Source: Octopus bimaculoides (taxonomy: Eukaryota). Taken from it: a stretch of DNA of 42,448 nt. Positions 37,123 to 42,448 of this stretch are shown piece after piece (the first letter of the stretch is position 1; each line of letters opens with the position of its first letter). Under the pieces are notes generated by a model. It was not told the DNA's origin, made no database searches, and was given only the letters and a program-made list of their open reading frames with translations. The position numbers and the translations under genes are program-made. The stretch spans positions 153,288,568 to 153,331,015 of the forward strand of contig NC_068981.1 of assembly GCF_001194135.2 (NCBI RefSeq), given 5' to 3'.

Positions 37123-37606
37123 CACATTTTCAGCTGAGTAGCTAATTCTCAATAATTTTCACAACACCAAATTCTTAATGAAAAGTTTGGCGTTCTAGCT
37201 TTTAAAGTAATGTAAAGAATGGTGGGATGGCCATGAGTGGAACCGCTAATCTAATCGTCCGATCACGACCGGCTGCTTAACATATCTGTTAGGCAGCACT
37301 GACCGAGGATGCCCAACAAAATTGTTGAGAATACCGCTATGTATTCTCACTATAGTGCAGTATGTTTGCCAATGTCATTTGAGGTTGCTAAATGCCAGCC
37401 ATGTGAGTGCACGTAAAACTCTTCAGTCTGTACTTATATACAATATTGTTGTTAAGCTCAGTAATGGAAGTATGTTAAATCACGGTTGGGATGCTTTCAG
37501 AAAGAGCAAAGAAAAGCAGATATTTTAGCGTGGATATCACTCTATGAACTTAAAGACTGGGGAAGAAACCTAGAAATAAAATCAACAAAAGAATACTTAA
37601 AAAACG

Positions 37607-37608
<2 letters not shown>

Positions 37609-37694
<86 letters not shown>
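37609..37694. repeat. Pure (CA)n microsatellite (~43 units), one of many
   Basis: Read directly. Similar (CA/TG)n tracts occur near 3645, 13510, 19950, 21590, 28160 and 40630. Confidence 0.95.
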
Positions 37695-37698
<4 letters not shown>

Positions 37699-38525
37699 CA
37701 AAATCAAAACAACAAAAAAAGAGATAACTTGAAATAATGAACCAAAGTAACGAACCTAGTTTTTTTTCCTTTCTTTTTCTTTCTGTGTGATGGAAATATT
37801 TAACGTCCTTCTTGCTTTTCTGTTTTCTTTAATAATAGCTACCGAGAATCATTGAACAATTGTTGTGTCTCACTTCTTGCCTACAATTTTCCTTTGCATT
37901 GTTAAATATTTCATACATGACCTTCTCTGCTTTGGTCGATTCTCGAGTATTATTTATTTATATCTTTATTTATTTATTCATTTATTTATTTACTTTTATA
38001 TTTTTAGCTTCGCTTTTTTCCCCCCTTTGCGTTCAGGCACGCTAATGAGGCTGCGTCACCGAATTATAGGAAACTAACCTTGAATACTATATTAGTGAAA
38101 TACAAATACAAAAATGACATCCTGGATATTCGATTGTCTTTTCTCCTAAACAAGCATAAATCCTTTCATATCTTCATTCCCCCAACTCATTCGTAGCTTA
38201 GACCCTTTTGTTTTTGTTCTCTTTCTTTGGCGTTCATTCCTCCCTCCAAAACACATGAAGACACGCACGTATACACACGCGTTATATTTAATTCAACCTG
38301 TCTATTTAATTACCACGTTCTTTATATTTCCTACCTACCTTCGCCCATATTTCTATGAACTTTATTTTATTCTTCATTTTCGTCTTAAATTGTCCTTCAA
38401 CAATTCTGTTTCTTGGTTTCACGTCACCATTTTCTACATTTTCTATTCAAATATGCCTTAGCGTCTTTTTCCTCATATATCAATATATATGCTGTTTTTC
38501 TTCCTTTTTCTTAACCCTTCGTCCG

Positions 38526-38590
<65 letters not shown>

Positions 38591-38849
38591 TCTCTCTCCC
38601 CCTCTCTCTCCCTCTATTTATCTATTTATTTATTTATTTCTCTCCCTCTCTTCCCTGTCTCTTACACATACACATATATGCATATATACAGACAGACAAA
38701 CATACACACTCATTTACTCTTGCACTGGTTTCAGCCTTTGGACTAAAGGGACTTAACCGAAACATAGACGCGTAAATAAACACCGCAGTTCAGTATTCTT
38801 CGACGCTCTCTCAATTCTATCATCTCTCATCTATGAACATACACACACA

Positions 38850-38990
38850 TTCGTGTTGCCTTTCCCTTGGGTAACATCGGTGGCATATAGAGGGGTTGCT
38901 GGTACGCATGGGCAATTGCTGGTCTTCAGTAAACAACCTTGCCCGGACTTGCACCTCGGAGGGAAACTTTCATGAACGAAGGGTGTCTGT
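38850..38990 (+). mobile_element. Probable SINE 3' body fragment (fourth family)
   Basis: gcctttcccttgggtaacatcggtggc...tgctggtcttcagtaaacaaccttgcccggacttgcacctcggagggaaactttc resembles a common octopus repeat as recalled. It is a GC-richer island with no second copy here. Confidence 0.35.
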
Positions 38991-39108
38991 TTATTTTTCT
39001 CTGAGAACGTGTATCTACAACTTGCTCTAGAATAAAAGGATTTTACTCCTAGAAATAGAGTTTTCATCAAAGATACTCATATACTTATAACTTCCCAACC
39101 ATTTTGCA

Positions 39109-39970
39109 GTTGGGAATTCCGGATCTGTTCAATTTCGCTCACAGATTTTTTAGTTATTTTTTTTTTTAACTAAACAGTTTGAAAATTCTTACACTCGTGT
39201 GATTTCTCACGCTGAACACGGTTTACTTTTGACAAAATTTCGTATTTTAGAAGTTATTTCGTGTTAAAGTTGTCGTATTTGAGTAATTTTAACCATTTAG
39301 AGACGTGTATTCAGTTGAAGAAAGCTACTGCTGTTTGCGATAGTAATCAAAGAGCTACCACTTCCGGGTCATGCCACCTTTATCCTTTCTTCCTTTCTAG
39401 TCAGCACCGTGCAGTCCTTACTCTTTCCCTCTCTACTAGCAGGTAGCCACTTCTATACTATCAACTGCCAACCAGCGAGCGAACTTGTTGTCACTGCTTC
39501 TACAATCACTGCTGTATCTCTAACTACATGTTGAGTAAACGAATAAATATATGTGAATAATATTTCTTCCTTCTTGGTGTTGATTCTCGATGTTTACTGG
39601 TTACTACGTCGCGAGAACCAAAAACAAACGTATAATATGCAACAAAGGCAGTAAACAAAAATGAAATAGAACAGAGTGGTGACATTTAATAGAGATGGCC
39701 CGGAAGTTGTTGCTCTTCGATTACTATCACAAACAGCAGTAGCATTCTTGAACTGGATACACGTCGTTGATTGGTTAAAATTACCCAAATACGACAACTT
39801 TAACACGAAATAATTTCTAAAATAAAAAATTTTGTCAAAAATGTTGAAAGTAAACCGTGTTCAGCGTGAGAAATTACACCAGTATCAGAAGTTTCAGACT
39901 GTTTATTTGAAAAAAAAAAAAGCAATAAAAAAATCTGTGAGCGAAACTGAACAGAGCGAAATTCCTCAAC
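39109..39970. mobile_element. Non-autonomous element with long (~265-275 bp) terminal inverted repeats (foldback/MULE-like)
   Basis: 39109-39372 aligns to the reverse complement of 39695-39970, for example ttatttcgtgttaaagttgtcgtatttg and tctcacgctgaacacggtttacttt. The ORF track shows near-identical MLKLSYL... peptides on opposite strands. No TSD is seen. Confidence 0.85.
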
Positions 39971-40059
39971 AAATAGCGATTGCTGTATCTGCAGAATTCA
40001 TCAATTCAACATTTGCAAACGGCTACTTTTCAGCTCCCTAAAAGAAAAGAAAAAGGAGA

Positions 40060-40063
40060 GAGG

Positions 40064-40146
<83 letters not shown>
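40060..40146. repeat. (AG)n microsatellite
   Basis: Read directly. Confidence 0.95.
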
Positions 40147-40149
<3 letters not shown>

Positions 40150-40163
40150 GCATTTTCTAGAAT

Positions 40164-40385
40164 CTTAAATGTGAGACACATGTCTGTATTGATCCAAACG
40201 AATTTGTAATTGCTAATCATATCATCCTTTGAACTCGTGATATGGCTCCATAGTAAAGTAAAGGCGCAATTTTTCGAGTGTTTGAATGTATGCATGTGTT
40301 GCAAGAATCCTATTTTGAAATGATTTTCAGTAAGCCTGATATGACTTTTTGCTTCACTGTCATCTGCAAATATACTGTAACTAAC
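40164..40385 (-). pseudogene. Probable CR1/L2-like LINE RT remnant
   Basis: Minus frame SIFADDSEA...HMHTFKHSKNC...WINTDMCLTFK follows the order FADD / FN..KC / I.D..LTF. Confidence 0.4.
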
Positions 40386-40645
40386 AGAAGGAAAGCAAAT
40401 ATGATACAAATGTGTGCACGCATACGTGTGTGCCTGAGTGTGTGTGCATTGAAAGTATAGTTACTGTCAGTGAATGACCAGTTTTCTCAGCATACAGAAT
40501 CATAGGTCTTATAGTCTACGAAGGGGAAACTGGTCGGTTATCTTTTTTTTTTTTTTCAATAAAAATATATACTCAGCACACGAATTGAGTCTTTTTATCG
40601 TGAGTTAAAAATGCATTGTATTTACATATGTACACACACACACAT

Positions 40646-40715
<70 letters not shown>

Positions 40716-41552
40716 AGACATAGAGATAAATAGACAGACAGATTAGCTGACAGATATTCAGTGAAATAGATTAAAGAGGTACACATTAGAGTATATATGT
40801 GTCCATAGACGTTGATGTGTATGTACGTATATATGTGTGTGTGTGTATGTACACATATATATCTATATGTATGTATATATTTGTGTATCATCTTATATAT
40901 ATATATTATATANNNNNNNNNNNNNNNNNNNNNNNNNNNNNNNNNNNNNNNNNNNNNNNNNNNNNNNNNNNNNNNNNNNNNNNNNNNNNNNNNNNNNNNN
41001 NNNNNNNNNNNNNNNNNNNNNNNNNNNNNNNNNNNNNNNNNNNNNNNNNNNNNNNNNNNNNNNNNNNNNNNNNNNNNNNNNNNNNNNNNNNNNNNNNNNN
41101 NNNNNNNNNNNNNNNNNNNNNNNNNNNNNNNNNNNNNNNNNNNNNNNNNNNNNNNNNNNNNNNNNNNNNNNNNNNNNNNNNNNNNNNNNNNNNNNNNNNN
41201 NNNNNNNNNNNNNNNNNNNNNNNNNNNNNNNNNNNNNNNNNNNNNNNNNNNNNNNNNNNNNNNNNNNNNNNNNNNNNNNNNNNNNNNNNNNNNNNNNNNN
41301 NNNNNNNNNNNNNNNNNNNNNNNNNNNNNNNNNNNNNNNNNNNNNNNNNNNNNNNNNNNNNNNNNNNNNNNNNNNNNNNNNNNNNNNNNNNNNNNNNNNN
41401 NNNNNNNNNNNNNNNNNNNNNNNNNNNNNNNNNNNNNNNNNNNNNNNTGAATTGGCCTCAAGTCTTAAAAAAATTGTAGTATCTAATATTAAACACAACT
41501 GGTTTGAATCAATGGAAAAGATGTTCAAATGGTATTGAAGAGCGTACGTCAA

Positions 41553-41553
<1 letters not shown>

Positions 41554-41606
<53 letters not shown>

Positions 41607-41616
41607 CAGCAGCAGC

Positions 41617-41651
<35 letters not shown>
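41554..41651. repeat. (AGT)n with internal (AGC)n
   Basis: Read directly. Confidence 0.95.
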
Positions 41652-41917
41652 GGTATGTGAATTAATGTTACAGTAATTTATGATAAAATGGAAGATTTTT
41701 CTTCTTGTATCACGTGATTGAAATTCGGTTTCCATTTTCCCGTTTTTTTTTTTTACCTCGGTTCTTCCTTTGTTCTTTCCTTCCTTCTTTTCCTATTTCA
41801 ATTTTTGTTTATTTTATTACTTCTTTTTGCTTTTATTTATTTGTTGCTTTTAATCTGTTAAATGTCTGCCGCCACCATTTCTTTCTCTCTCTCCCTCTCT
41901 CTTTCGTTCTTTTTCTC

Positions 41918-41960
<43 letters not shown>

Positions 41961-42322
41961 CCTCTCTCTCTCTCTCTTCTCTCTTTCTCTCCCCTTCTTT
42001 CACTTCCTTTTCAGACCACTGGCCATATTTTCATCTCCCGCCCCCACCACCACACTGCCAGTACTACCACCGACACTACCATCGCCATCACCCACATCAT
42101 TACAACCATCAACATCAGCACCACTACCTCTACCAACACAACTCTCACTACCACCACCGCCACCACCACCACCATCACCAGCAAGACCCATCTTATCAAT
42201 ACAAGCGAAAGCAGGCCAAGAATTTGCTAATTCAACTAAATAAATTCAGTGGTTTTTAGATAAGCAGAAACATGTAGCTCGGTTAAGTCCCTTGATGCGG
42301 GGCTAGAGTATGGTGGAGTTGC

Positions 42323-42356
<34 letters not shown>

Positions 42357-42448
42357 GCTGCTGCTGCTGTAGTTATCTTACAGGTCATTGTTGCCATCGT
42401 TATGCGGTCGCCGTGGTCGTGAGAGCAAGCTCATCATTTCTACAGCTC

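Larger units (their letters stand above)
3703..41447. other. Eleven assembly gaps within this span
   Basis: N runs at 3703-4172, 5006-5550, 9824-10802, 13588-13597, 15742-15953, 18082-18700, 25299-25398, 26607-26777, 31187-31566, 32404-33078 and 40913-41447. Confidence 0.99.

Noticed and set aside
3518-41735. Long ORFs of 150-430 aa in the ORF track
   Set aside because: They are open only because they run through N gaps or (TA)/(CA)/(TTA) repeats, giving YIYI, CVCV, HTHT and poly-L/I peptides. They are not genes.
1-42448. CRISPR array, rRNA or prokaryotic/viral operon
   Set aside because: No regularly spaced repeat-spacer units, no rRNA-like sequence and no gene-dense segment. The DNA is eukaryotic repeat-rich sequence throughout.

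Overview
This is AT-rich, microsatellite-dense animal genomic DNA with about 11% N (11 scaffold gaps, 4696 N in total). The repeat families and simple-repeat density point to an octopus draft assembly; that is recognition, not a database result. No host protein-coding gene, rRNA, true tRNA or CRISPR array can be supported, and almost all listed ORFs are read-throughs of gaps or dinucleotide repeats. The window reads as intergenic or deep-intronic sequence. It contains at least three tRNA-derived SINE families (about 13 copies or fragments) and a 5'-truncated R4/Dong-clade (RLE) LINE ending in a (TAA)n array. It also has three Penelope-like retroelement remnants, small LINE RT and zinc-finger remnants, Tc1/mariner and hAT MITEs, and a roughly 860-bp element with ~265-bp inverted arms. 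Other structures are a 207-bp hairpin element, a perfect 188-bp palindrome running into a gap, a tail-to-tail SINE pair and a 155-bp tandem duplication. One weak candidate Cys-rich terminal exon (17109-17239) is the only possible host-gene signal. I found no strong evidence for a wholly new biological system; the best leads are listed with tests.
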